IMG/VR virus record: IMGVR_UViG_3300046007_001148
Location: 1 to 40,547 of that record
Strand: one strand, 5' to 3'
From: a virus
Lineage: Duplodnaviria; Caudoviricetes
DNA: 40,547 nucleotides
Both the position numbers and the translations under genes were made by a program. The notes beneath the pieces were generated by a model, which saw only the letters and a list, made by a program, of their open reading frames with translations, searched no databases and was not told where the DNA came from. Positions 16,818 to 24,919 of the stretch are shown here, piece by piece (the first letter of the stretch is position 1; every line of letters begins with the position of its first letter).

Positions 16818-17870
16818 ATGGAACAGATCAGTTTCCTGCCCGAACCGGAACCCACGCCCGAACCTGAGCCGATCCATATCGGCCAGCGCGTTTGGGGCTG
16901 TGATTACGGGTCTGGCTACTTCCATCTGCACTGCGACGGCAATTACCGCAAGGTGATGCCAGAACAATTTGCAGCGCTTTCATTTGCTTCGGCTGGGGAT
17001 GTCGTCGTGATCGAAAACGCCCACATGCAGCCAAAGGCAAGAAGCCTTGCGCAGGTGTTTACCTATGACGAGCTGGTAGCTATTAAGACTGAGGCTGAAC
17101 GCCGCGACATCACAATTCGCCTTTGGTTTCACTCGCAGACGCCTAAGTGGCGCGCCATGCTCAAGATGGGCGATAAGTCGGACGAGATTGACGCTAAAAC
17201 CATTTACAGCATCATTCAGCATCGCGGGCTAGACGGCCTCCAACATTTCAATCCACGCAGTAGCTACCCGCCGCGGATCGAATGGGCGCACGACCAAATC
17301 AAAGACATGAATCTATGGCTAAACAATGCCAGAATGGACTACGGCGCTAAAAATTGCGCGGCATTTCATCTTTATTTTGACAAAGCAAGGCCGGCAATTC
17401 AAACCATGCTCTTGCGCGATCAAGCGAATAAAAAAATATCCATTGATTTATACAAAGACTGTACTAAGTGGTGGATTGCGCCTGGCCACTGGGCTCCAAG
17501 TGAGCATAAAAACGGCTTAAGCCTTTGGGCTGCATTTGTTGCTAGTGATGGCACAACGCGTAAATGCAAGGGCCAAATCCCAGGCGTCAAGTTTGTGATG
17601 CAAGAATTGTTGCGCCAGCGACCTAATCATTTTATGGGTGGCGTTGCGCGATCAAACATCATGCACCACAGCTTTAAAAATGAAGCGATCGCGCATGTGA
17701 AGACTAGAAAAAAGAAAACAAAGGAAGATGATAAAACTATTTTGCCGTTGCACGAATACGACCAACAGCAAATGAAAATGTTCCTTGCACTTAGACGCCG
17801 CTACCGCAAAGCTATGACGACAACACTCCATGCAATGAGGCAATACCTGATTGAGCGTGATGTTGTTTAG
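16818..17870 (+). CDS. IS110/TasR-like DEDD RuvC-fold protein, candidate RNA-guided effector (350 aa)
   Basis: VWGCD(29), VVIE(66), KSD(122)EID(125)A match IS110 GxD / E / KTDxxDA; flanked by structured repeats; ATG 16818 preferred. Confidence 0.72.
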   Translation: MEQISFLPEPEPTPEPEPIHIGQRVWGCDYGSGYFHLHCDGNYRKVMPEQFAALSFASAGDVVVIENAHMQPKARSLAQVFTYDELVAIKTEAERRDITIRLWFHSQTPKWRAMLKMGDKSDEIDAKTIYSIIQHRGLDGLQHFNPRSSYPPRIEWAHDQIKDMNLWLNNARMDYGAKNCAAFHLYFDKARPAIQTMLLRDQANKKISIDLYKDCTKWWIAPGHWAPSEHKNGLSLWAAFVASDGTTRKCKGQIPGVKFVMQELLRQRPNHFMGGVARSNIMHHSFKNEAIAHVKTRKKKTKEDDKTILPLHEYDQQQMKMFLALRRRYRKAMTTTLHAMRQYLIERDVV

Positions 17871-17918
17871 CATGGCATACCGCATTGCGGTATTTAAGCC
17901 AACATAACATTGCGCTCA
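17852..17918 (+). ncRNA. Putative guide RNA unit 2 (GCAUGG / AGCCAA)
   Basis: 14-bp outer stem with three G-U pairs; TTTA-GCATGG-CA, TACCGC(ATT)GCGGTA, TTTA-AGCCAA-CA. Confidence 0.75.
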
Positions 17919-17924
17919 CACTCT

Positions 17925-17985
17925 TGCTGCGGTTGTTTAGGCCGTCATACCGCAATGCGGTATTTAGCCCGGCATAACCGCAGCA
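17925..17985 (+). ncRNA. Putative guide RNA unit 3 (GGCCGU / GCCCGG)
   Basis: 11-bp outer stem TGCTGCGGTTG/TAACCGCAGCA; TTTA-GGCCGT-CA, TACCGC(AAT)GCGGTA, TTTA-GCCCGG-CA; 70-nt period from unit 2. Confidence 0.75.
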
Positions 17986-18004
17986 CTCCATCCAGATCCC
18001 ATCC

Positions 18005-19363
18005 ATGCAACTCCGCCCCTACCAACAACAACTCATCACCGACATCCGCCTGCAGTACCAGCTAGGGCACCACAGAGTCCTAGCAGTACTGCCCACTGGT
18101 GGCGGCAAGACGGTGTGCTTCAGCTACATCGCCCAATCTGCCGCACGCAAGGGCAACCGCGTCTGCATCTTGGTGCATAGGGCTGAGCTGCTGGACCAGG
18201 CCAGTCGCAGTCTCACGGCTATGGGCGTGCCGCATGGCCGCATTGCGGCGGGACGCAGCATGGACCTGAGTCATGCTGTGCAGGTGGCCTCGGTCCAGAC
18301 CGTGGCCCGCAGGCTGCACAAGCTGCCGGCTGGGTTCTTTCAGCTTCTGGTGGTGGATGAGGCGCATCACACCAATGCCGGCCAGTGGGCAACGGTGCTG
18401 CAGCATTTCCAACAAGCGCATGTCCTAGGAGTGACCGCCACGCCATGCCGCGGTGACGGCCGCGGCCTTGGTGACCACTATCAGGCCATGGTGCTCGGCC
18501 CCAGCGCTGCATGGTTGACCGATAACGGCTACCTTGCCAGCGCTCGTGTCTTGGCACCGCCGGGGTTCGACAGCACCGGCCTGCGCAAGCGCATGGGCGA
18601 CTTCGACACCAAAGACGCCGAGCAGCGCGTTGGCACCATCATGGGTGACTGCTGCAGCCACTATCGCAAGCACCTGGCAGGGCAGACAGCGATCGCGTTC
18701 TGCTGCAGCGTGGCCCATGCCGAGGCAGTGGCCGCTCTGTTCCTGTCGCAAGGCATACCAGCCGCCAGCATTGACGGCACCATGAGCAATGATTGCAGGC
18801 GAGATCTGTTGCAAGCACTGGGGACTGGCCGCATTAAGGTGCTGACCAGTTGCAGCCTCATCGGTGAGGGCGTAGACGTGCCTAGCGTCGGCGGGTGCAT
18901 CCTGCTGCGGCCAACGCAGTCAGTCGGCCTGCACTTGCAGATGATCGGTCGTTGCCTGAGACCGTCACCGGGCAAGCCTGCTGCTGTGGTGCTGGACCAC
19001 GTCGGCAACACGCTACGGCTGGGCCATCACCTCGAGGACCGCGACTGGAGCCTCGACGGCGTCAAGAAGCGCGACGCCGACCGTGCGCCATCGGTGAAGG
19101 TGTGCCCGGTGTGCTTTGCCACCAGCATGAGCGCCACGCAGGTGTGCCCTGACTGCGGCCATGTGTTCGCCCCGCAAGAGACCAGGGTGCTGAAGGTGGT
19201 CGAGGGCGAGTTGCAGGAGCTGACCACACGCGAACGCAAACGCGAGCAAGGCAGTGCACAGTCCTTGGAGGACCTCCGTCAACTGGCGCAGCAACGTGGC
19301 TACAAACGCGGCTGGGCAGAGCGGGTCTATCAGGCTAGGTTGGCCAAACGGCATGGGTTATGA
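18005..19363 (+). CDS. SF2 DEAH helicase with C-terminal zinc ribbon
   Basis: LRPYQ, PTGGGKT, DEAHH, TATP, QMIGRCLR, CPVC...CPDCGH. Confidence 0.93.
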   Translation: MQLRPYQQQLITDIRLQYQLGHHRVLAVLPTGGGKTVCFSYIAQSAARKGNRVCILVHRAELLDQASRSLTAMGVPHGRIAAGRSMDLSHAVQVASVQTVARRLHKLPAGFFQLLVVDEAHHTNAGQWATVLQHFQQAHVLGVTATPCRGDGRGLGDHYQAMVLGPSAAWLTDNGYLASARVLAPPGFDSTGLRKRMGDFDTKDAEQRVGTIMGDCCSHYRKHLAGQTAIAFCCSVAHAEAVAALFLSQGIPAASIDGTMSNDCRRDLLQALGTGRIKVLTSCSLIGEGVDVPSVGGCILLRPTQSVGLHLQMIGRCLRPSPGKPAAVVLDHVGNTLRLGHHLEDRDWSLDGVKKRDADRAPSVKVCPVCFATSMSATQVCPDCGHVFAPQETRVLKVVEGELQELTTRERKREQGSAQSLEDLRQLAQQRGYKRGWAERVYQARLAKRHGL

Positions 19364-19968
19364 GAGTCCTCGTCGCCTGCGAGTACAGCGCCCGCGTTCG
19401 CGATGCGTTTCGCAGCCATGGACACGACGCATGGAGCTGCGATCTGCTGGATTGCGAGGCCGATCCCCGCTGGCACTATCAAGCGCCGGTCGAGGAGGTG
19501 CTGACCCGCGGCTGGGACCTGATGATCGCTCACCCGCCATGCACCCATCTGGCTGTGTCTGGCAGCAGGCACTTTCATCGCAAGCAGCGCGAGCAGGCCG
19601 AGGCGCTCGATTTCGTGCGGCTGCTAATGGATGCGCCGATACCCCGCTGGTGCATTGAGAACCCAGTCAGCATCATTAGCAGTGCTATCAAGCCACCAAC
19701 CCAGACCATCCAGCCGTGGCAGTTTGGGCATGGCGAGACAAAGGCAACATGCCTATGGCTCAAGAACCTGCCGCGCTTGAAGCCAACGCAGGTGGTTACC
19801 GGTCGTGAGACACGCGTGCATCTGATGCCACCCGGTCCCGACCGCTGGAAAGAGCGCAGCCGCACCTATCAAGGCATAGCCGACGCTATGGCTGAGCAGT
19901 GGGGAGTCGCTACCCTGCCGCCAGTTGTTGAACAGCTTTGTCTGAGCAGCGTATTCAGCAAGAAATAA
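19360..19968 (+). CDS. Short DNA cytosine methyltransferase-like protein
   Basis: VLVACEYS, AHPPCTHL (PC motif), IENP, KATCLWL, RSRTYQGIADAMAEQW. Confidence 0.8.
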   Translation: MRVLVACEYSARVRDAFRSHGHDAWSCDLLDCEADPRWHYQAPVEEVLTRGWDLMIAHPPCTHLAVSGSRHFHRKQREQAEALDFVRLLMDAPIPRWCIENPVSIISSAIKPPTQTIQPWQFGHGETKATCLWLKNLPRLKPTQVVTGRETRVHLMPPGPDRWKERSRTYQGIADAMAEQWGVATLPPVVEQLCLSSVFSKK

Positions 19969-20285
19969 GACTTGCCATCAGCCACGGCGATACCAAAGTC
20001 TTCCGCAACAACACCGGCACCCTGCGCGACCAGCATGGCCGCCCGGTGCAGTTCGGTCTATGCAAGGGCAGCGCTGACCTGATCGGCTGGCGGACGGTCA
20101 CGGTGACGCCTGAGATGGTCGGCCAGCGCATCGCCGTGTTCCTCAGCATCGAGGTCAAGACGCCAACCGGCAGGCCGAGGCCCGAGCAGCAGCAGTGGCT
20201 AGATGTGGTGCAGGCAGCCGGCGGCATTGCTGGCGTGGCGCGCAGCGTCGAGGACGCGTTACGCATTGTGACTGAGCACGCTTGA
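19938..20285 (+). CDS. VRR-NUC domain nuclease
   Basis: SEQRIQ, GSADLIG, IEVKT, PEQQQWL; TTG start. Confidence 0.88.
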   Translation: MSEQRIQQEIRLAISHGDTKVFRNNTGTLRDQHGRPVQFGLCKGSADLIGWRTVTVTPEMVGQRIAVFLSIEVKTPTGRPRPEQQQWLDVVQAAGGIAGVARSVEDALRIVTEHA

Positions 20286-20309
20286 CCACGGCGGCACATG
20301 GTGTAGGAT
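20282..20309 (+). promoter_or_regulatory. Sigma70-type promoter TTGACC-N16-TAGGAT
   Basis: Shares TTGACCAnGGCGGCAnAnGGTG with the 8453 promoter. Confidence 0.6.
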
Positions 20310-20335
20310 GTGGGGGTCCCAAACGGATTCCACCC

Positions 20336-20476
20336 ATGACTACCTGTCCCTTCAAGCAGCACAACGACTACAAAATCAACTGGCAAGCTGCCAAGATGCC
20401 TGCACCGAAGCAGCTTGCTGAGCCTAAGGCACCTGCAACTGACGACGATCTTGTCGCCGTCAAGTACGAGGCCTGA
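20336..20476 (+). CDS. Small hypothetical protein, 46 aa
   Basis: ATG downstream of promoter; MTTCPFKQHNDYKINWQAA... Confidence 0.55.
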   Translation: MTTCPFKQHNDYKINWQAAKMPAPKQLAEPKAPATDDDLVAVKYEA

Positions 20477-20481
20477 ATCCA

Positions 20482-20661
20482 ATGACAACCACACTGACCC
20501 TAATCCTCGTCCTGCTGCTGCTGCCGTTGCTGGTGCTGCTATGGGCGACGGAATCAACCGAGCAGCGCGCTAAGCGGCTGCGTGGCTACGGCTGGTCGCA
20601 GCGGCGCATTGCCGAGCATCTCGGCATCACCCGCTACCGCGTCCGCGTAGCACTGGCATGA
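20482..20661 (+). CDS. Membrane-anchored HTH protein, 59 aa
   Basis: Own translation MTTTLTLILVLLLLPLLVLLWATESTEQRAKRLRGYGWSQRRIAEHLGITRYRVRVALA. Confidence 0.7.
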   Translation: MTTTLTLILVLLLLPLLVLLWATESTEQRAKRLRGYGWSQRRIAEHLGITRYRVRVALA

Positions 20662-20714
20662 GAAAACAGGGCGGCCCATCACCGCCCTTCGATCCTCACA
20701 ACATTATTCTACTT

Positions 20715-21509
20715 ATGACAGCGACCATCTCAAACGAGCAGTACCACTCCGATCCAGCCGTCAGCGCCAGCCACCTGAAGGCGGTAATGCAATCGCCTTA
20801 CCACTACTGGAGCCGATACGTTGACCCCAACCGCAGCCCGGTTGAACCGACTGCTGCGATGAAGCTGGGCAGCCTAGCCCACTGCGCCATCCTCGAACCC
20901 GACGAGCTGCTGAACCGCTACGGCATTTGCGCGCCGCGCAACACCAAAGCCGGCAAGGAGCAGGCTGCGGCCATGGAAGCCGAAGGCATCGAAGTGGTCA
21001 CCAGCAGCGACATGGCACTGGCCATGGGCATGAGCGCTGCAGTGCAGGCGCACACTGCAGCAGCAGCACTGCTGGCTGACGGCAAGGCCGAGCAGTCCTT
21101 CTGGTGGGATGACCTGCCCACCGGGATGCGCTGCAAGTGCCGCCCTGACTGGTACTACGGCAGCACTGTGGTGGACATCAAGACCACCACCGACGCCAGC
21201 CCGCAGGCGTTTGCCCGTAGCGTTGCCACCTTCGGCTACCACATCCAGGCTGCGCATTACCTCGCTGGCCTGCATGGTGCCGAGCGGTTCGTGTTCGTCG
21301 CAGTCGAGAAGACTTACCCGCACGCCGTTGCGGTGTACGAGCTGGACAGCGAAGCCCTTGCCTTAGGGCGGACCATGCGGGACAATGGCATGGACGTGAT
21401 CGCCGGATGCCATGCCGCAGGTGTGTGGCCCGGCTACGGCGACACGTTCATCCAGACCATCAGCCTGCCTAGGTGGGCGACAAATCCCATTCAAACTGAG
21501 ACCTTCTGA
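20715..21509 (+). CDS. RecE/exonuclease VIII-like PD-(D/E)XK nuclease
   Basis: YHSDPAVSASHLK, KCRPDW, DIKTT, YHIQAAHY; ATG 20715 preferred; hairpin 20668-20688 upstream. Confidence 0.9.
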   Translation: MTATISNEQYHSDPAVSASHLKAVMQSPYHYWSRYVDPNRSPVEPTAAMKLGSLAHCAILEPDELLNRYGICAPRNTKAGKEQAAAMEAEGIEVVTSSDMALAMGMSAAVQAHTAAAALLADGKAEQSFWWDDLPTGMRCKCRPDWYYGSTVVDIKTTTDASPQAFARSVATFGYHIQAAHYLAGLHGAERFVFVAVEKTYPHAVAVYELDSEALALGRTMRDNGMDVIAGCHAAGVWPGYGDTFIQTISLPRWATNPIQTETF

Positions 21510-22252
21510 TGTCAACAGCAATCACCACCTGGACCCCTGACCAAGTCCAACTGATCAGCAGCACCATTGCACCGGGCTGCACCAATGACGAGCTGCGCCT
21601 GTTTGCGTATGCCTGCCAGCGCACTGGGCTGGATCCGTTTAGCAAGCAGATCTACGCCATCAAGCGTGGCGGCAAGCTGACCATCCAAGCCGGCATTGAC
21701 GGCCTCCGCGCCATTGCCGAGCGCACTGGCCAACTGGATGGATCCGAGACCTACTGGTGTGGCGAGGAAGGCGACTGGCGTGATGTATGGCTGTCATCCA
21801 AGCCACCTGCCGCGGCCAAGACGATCGTGCACCGTAAGGGCAGCAACCATGCCTTTGTTGGAGTCGCCCGCTTTGCGGACTACAACGCTGGCCAGGGGCT
21901 GTGGTCCAAGATGCCTGCCGCGATGATCGCCAAGTGCTCCGAGGCCCTCGCGTTGCGCCGGGCCTTTCCCGCCAATCTCTCAGGCGTGTACAGCACCGAT
22001 GAGATGGACCAGTCTGAGCCTGTCACCGTTACCACCGATAGCGCTCCTGCATTGCCTGCGCGTAAAGACACCAGCAAGTTCTTCACTGCCGGCGCTGCTG
22101 CCATCGCCAAGGCCAAGAGCCTGCAGGACCTTGAGGACCTGCAGCCGCGCATGGCAAAGCGGCTGGAGGATGGCGACTTGACGCAAGAGCAGCATGACAA
22201 GCTGCTGCAGCAAATGCTTGAGAAGGAGGCTGATCTTGTATCTGACGACTGA
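21509..22252 (+). CDS. bet: Single-strand annealing recombinase (Bet/RecT family)
   Basis: GLDPFSKQIY, IDGLRAIA, MIAKCSEALALRRAFP, GVYSTDEM. Confidence 0.92.
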   Translation: MSTAITTWTPDQVQLISSTIAPGCTNDELRLFAYACQRTGLDPFSKQIYAIKRGGKLTIQAGIDGLRAIAERTGQLDGSETYWCGEEGDWRDVWLSSKPPAAAKTIVHRKGSNHAFVGVARFADYNAGQGLWSKMPAAMIAKCSEALALRRAFPANLSGVYSTDEMDQSEPVTVTTDSAPALPARKDTSKFFTAGAAAIAKAKSLQDLEDLQPRMAKRLEDGDLTQEQHDKLLQQMLEKEADLVSDD

Positions 22253-22439
22253 ACAGCTAGCAGCACGCTGGGGTTTGAAGCCAAGCAGCATCAAATCCCA
22301 ACGGCTGCGAGGCCAGGGGCCGGCTTACTACACGGTCCCACGGTTCGGCTTGCCGCTAGGCGAGTCACGGGTCAGGTATCCCATAGCGGACGTCCTGGCC
22401 TTTGAAGAGTCCAATTCCATTACCCCTGTCAACCCATGA
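22236..22439 (+). CDS. AlpA/excisionase-like HTH protein
   Basis: LTTEQLAARWG...RGQGPAY...VRY; AGGAGG at 22224-22229 supports TTG start at 22236. Confidence 0.8.
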   Translation: MYLTTEQLAARWGLKPSSIKSQRLRGQGPAYYTVPRFGLPLGESRVRYPIADVLAFEESNSITPVNP

Positions 22440-22777
22440 GCCTTTATGCTTCCGGCGTCGTTCGTATTATTAGCGAACCGCAGATTAAGTTTTTTGATTC
22501 TGGTACTTGTGTTTGCAACTTCGGTGGTGGCATCAGCGAAGGCAAAGATAAGGACGGCAATTACATCAACAACGCCATCGACGTAGAAGTCTGGGGCAAA
22601 GGCGGTCAGATGATCGCTGACAACTGCAAGAAAGGCGACAGCATCATGGTGACCGGTGCTATTCGCCGCCAAGACTGGAATGACAAGGACACCGGCACCA
22701 AGCGCAGCAAGCATGTGCTGAACGTGCAGCGGTTCGAGTACCTGCCGCGTGCCAAGTCAGAAGAGGCTGCGTTCTGA
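22436..22777 (+). CDS. ssb: Single-stranded DNA-binding protein
   Basis: VEVWGK, KKGDSIMVTG, WNDKDTG, acidic C-terminus EEAAF. Confidence 0.9.
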   Translation: MSLYASGVVRIISEPQIKFFDSGTCVCNFGGGISEGKDKDGNYINNAIDVEVWGKGGQMIADNCKKGDSIMVTGAIRRQDWNDKDTGTKRSKHVLNVQRFEYLPRAKSEEAAF

Positions 22778-22920
22778 TGACTGACATCAAGCAGGACAAC
22801 GAGCGCCAGGAGCTGCTTGAGCACTTATACCACGAGGACGGCCGGGATAATCCCGACCATCCAATGCACTCACTCTACACGGGGCTTTATGAACAGCACA
22901 TCAATCAAAGCAGCCTTTGA
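22777..22920 (+). CDS. Small hypothetical protein, 47 aa
   Basis: Own translation MTDIKQDNERQELLEHLYHEDGRDNPDHPMHSLYTGLYEQHINQSSL; TGATG coupling. Confidence 0.65.
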   Translation: MTDIKQDNERQELLEHLYHEDGRDNPDHPMHSLYTGLYEQHINQSSL

Positions 22921-23044
22921 CGCATGGTGGCGTGACAGTTATGGGGTGCCTCCGGGCACCCATGCCGTCATGACCCACGTCGCCTTCGCTGAGCACATCC
23001 TCAAGCTGGTCGAGCTGATGGAGGAGGAGTCCGACCGTGACTGA
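22889..23044 (+). CDS. Small hypothetical protein
   Basis: MNSTSIKAAFDAWWRDSYGVPPG...; ATG 22889. Confidence 0.6.
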   Translation: MNSTSIKAAFDAWWRDSYGVPPGTHAVMTHVAFAEHILKLVELMEEESDRD

Positions 23045-23261
23045 CCTCTCCCCCGCCGCGCAGGCGGTGATTACGGCCAGCAACTGCGCTGGATCTCGGA
23101 TCGTGCAATTGCACATCGCCGCCGCCCTACGAGCTACTGCGGATCAGGTATTAGCCGTCCAATGGCAAGGGCGAATAGAACCCGATGCAGCGCACAGTCT
23201 CGGTATCAACTGGACCCGTGACGCGTTGCACAGCATCGCCGCCGAGCTGGAGGGCCAATGA
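23037..23261 (+). CDS. Hypothetical protein (MTDLSPAAQAV type)
   Basis: LSPAAQAV...IAAALRA...IAAELE pattern recalled from cyanophage small ORFs. Confidence 0.7.
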   Translation: MTDLSPAAQAVITASNCAGSRIVQLHIAAALRATADQVLAVQWQGRIEPDAAHSLGINWTRDALHSIAAELEGQ

Positions 23262-23581
23262 TCCGGCTTGCATTGCTGCTGCTGCTCCAAGCGCCCGCCA
23301 TGGCACAGCCCAGCAGATCCGTCACTGCCACGGTCTACGACGGCTGGTACCACGGCCGCGTCACCTACTGCGGCCAGACGTACCAGCACTGGGGCGTTAG
23401 CGCCGCGCACCCATGGCTGAGCTGCGGCACCCGTGTCCGCATCAGCCATCAAGGTCGCACGCTGGTTGTGCCAGTGACCGATCGCTGCGACTGCAGCAGC
23501 ATCGACCTCAGTGCTGGCGCTGCACACCGCTTAGGCGTGCCGCTTGACGGCATCGCAACCGTTCGCATCTCACACCAATGA
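23258..23581 (+). CDS. RlpA-like double-psi beta-barrel protein with signal peptide
   Basis: ATVY...GRVTYCG, SAAHPWL.CGTRVRI, VTDR, IDLS..AA..LG. Confidence 0.82.
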   Translation: MIRLALLLLLQAPAMAQPSRSVTATVYDGWYHGRVTYCGQTYQHWGVSAAHPWLSCGTRVRISHQGRTLVVPVTDRCDCSSIDLSAGAAHRLGVPLDGIATVRISHQ

Positions 23582-23781
23582 ACGACCCAGTCAACCACCC
23601 ATCGCATTACACGCAAGGTGGCATCGAGTGCATCGAAGCCATCCAGGCAGCATTGACGCTAGAAGAGTTTAAAGGCTACTGCAAAGGCAACGTGCTCAAA
23701 TATGTCTGGCGTGAGCAACACAAAGGCGGCAATGAGTCACTGCGCAAAGCCAATTGGTACATGCAATGGCTGGTCAAGTAA
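23578..23781 (+). CDS. DUF3310 family protein
   Basis: DPVNHPSHYTQGGIECIEAI...GNVLKYVWR...KANWY. Confidence 0.9.
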   Translation: MNDPVNHPSHYTQGGIECIEAIQAALTLEEFKGYCKGNVLKYVWREQHKGGNESLRKANWYMQWLVK

Positions 23782-24002
23782 ACAAAGGCCGCAACTTTAC
23801 GGTCAACATCCGCATGAGCCGTGAAGAGATCGAAGCTGCTCGCAAATTAGGCGACGGCAACATTAGTATGGGCTTCCGTCATGCCATCCGGTATGCCTGC
23901 TGGAAGAACATGCGCCCGATTAAGCTCAGCACCATGCTGCGCAGTGCGGCCGTCATGGCACAGGATCTAGAAGATGCCCGCGATTCAAGTTCAATGCCCT
24001 AG
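23766..24002 (+). CDS. Hypothetical, possible RHH DNA-binding protein
   Basis: TVNIRMSREEIEAARKLGDGNISMGFR pattern. Confidence 0.55.
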   Translation: MAGQVNKGRNFTVNIRMSREEIEAARKLGDGNISMGFRHAIRYACWKNMRPIKLSTMLRSAAVMAQDLEDARDSSSMP

Positions 24003-24198
24003 CTGCACCTCTAGGCAGACATATATCGTCATGACCAATCAACTTGACGATGGCACTATCGTTAGGCGTCGCCACTGCAGAGCCTGCGATCATCGGTGGT
24101 ACACGCAGCAACCAGCCGAAGTGCAGGTGCCGCGCTGCCTATTGCAGTGGTCCAATAAAAAGTACATCATCGCTATCCGCAACAATGATCCTCTGTGA
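23974..24198 (+). CDS. NrdR-N-like zinc ribbon protein
   Basis: CPSC...VRRRHCRACDHRWYT; no ATP cone. Confidence 0.75.
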   Translation: MPAIQVQCPSCTSRQTYIVMTNQLDDGTIVRRRHCRACDHRWYTQQPAEVQVPRCLLQWSNKKYIIAIRNNDPL

Positions 24199-24736
24199 CA
24201 CCGAGATCCACGACCTGATTCAGCAGGGCATGGTGCAGCATCACCAGCAAGAGCTGATCAACCCTGCCAGCTTGGACCTGCGACTTGGCAATCTGATCAT
24301 GCTTGAATCGGTGGAGTCGCACCAGATGATTCCACTGTCGATCAAGGACTACACCGCTGAGCATCCGTATCAGTTGGTGCCAGGACAGTTCATCCTTGCG
24401 CAGACCATCGAGACGTTCGTCATGCCGGAGGATGTCGCCGGGTTGTTCTTCCTAAAGTCAAGCCGCGCACGCGAGGGCTATGAGAACCTGCACGCCGGCT
24501 ATGCCGATCCAGGCTGGCATGGCAGCGCGCTAACGCTTGAGCTGAAGAATGCCCGGCAGTTGCAGTCGCTGCCGATCTACCCAGGGTTGAAGATCGGGCA
24601 AATGGTATTCTTCCGCATGAGCCAACGCCCGGCACTGAGCTACGCGCTGACTGGCAGCTACAACAACGACCAGCTAGTCGCGGCCTCTAAGCAGTTCAGC
24701 AGCCGCAGCCAGATGCCACGGTTCAACGCTGCATGA
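24185..24736 (+). CDS. dcd: dCTP deaminase
   Basis: INPASLDLRLG, KSSRAREG, AGYADPGWHG, LTLEL, IGQMVF; ATG 24185. Confidence 0.9.
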   Translation: MILCDTEIHDLIQQGMVQHHQQELINPASLDLRLGNLIMLESVESHQMIPLSIKDYTAEHPYQLVPGQFILAQTIETFVMPEDVAGLFFLKSSRAREGYENLHAGYADPGWHGSALTLELKNARQLQSLPIYPGLKIGQMVFFRMSQRPALSYALTGSYNNDQLVAASKQFSSRSQMPRFNAA

Positions 24737-24919
24737 GCGCATCGCCTCAGCGATTAACCACTTGATCTGCGATCGCTGGCTGGCCTCTTGCTCAGCCAGC
24801 AACAGCGCATACTCCAGCAATGCGTTGTAGTCCTTTACTGCATGTAGCTCGCGCAACATTTGGGCATTGGCTGCGCCGTGAAATTGTGCTTCCATTGTGT
24901 GAACTAACGGATTCATCAT
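24674..24919 (-). CDS. Hypothetical helical protein on opposite strand
   Basis: Only ORF filling the dcd to sigma gap. Confidence 0.55.
   Translation of the reverse strand: MMNPLVHTMEAQFHGAANAQMLRELHAVKDYNALLEYALLLAEQEASQRSQIKWLIAEAMRSCSVEPWHLAAAAELLRGRD

Noticed and set aside
17852-17985. CRISPR mini-array or rho-independent terminators
   Set aside because: No identical 25-40 bp repeats with long spacers, no cas genes, no U-tracts after the outer stems; conservation is of boxes and structure.
16711-17985. Ordinary IS110 insertion sequence
   Set aside because: No recognisable catalytic-serine Tnp motif or element ends, and three equivalent symmetric units rather than one target loop plus one donor loop. 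Not fully excluded without a profile search.
18509-18520. GCATGGTTGACC as self-target of unit 2 (10/12 to GCATGGTTGGCT)
   Set aside because: About three two-mismatch hits to any 12-mer are expected by chance in 81 kb of both strands; I found no perfect self-target by eye.
22236-22439. Excisionase as evidence of an integration module
   Set aside because: No integrase or att-like site seen; such HTH genes are common beside recombination genes.
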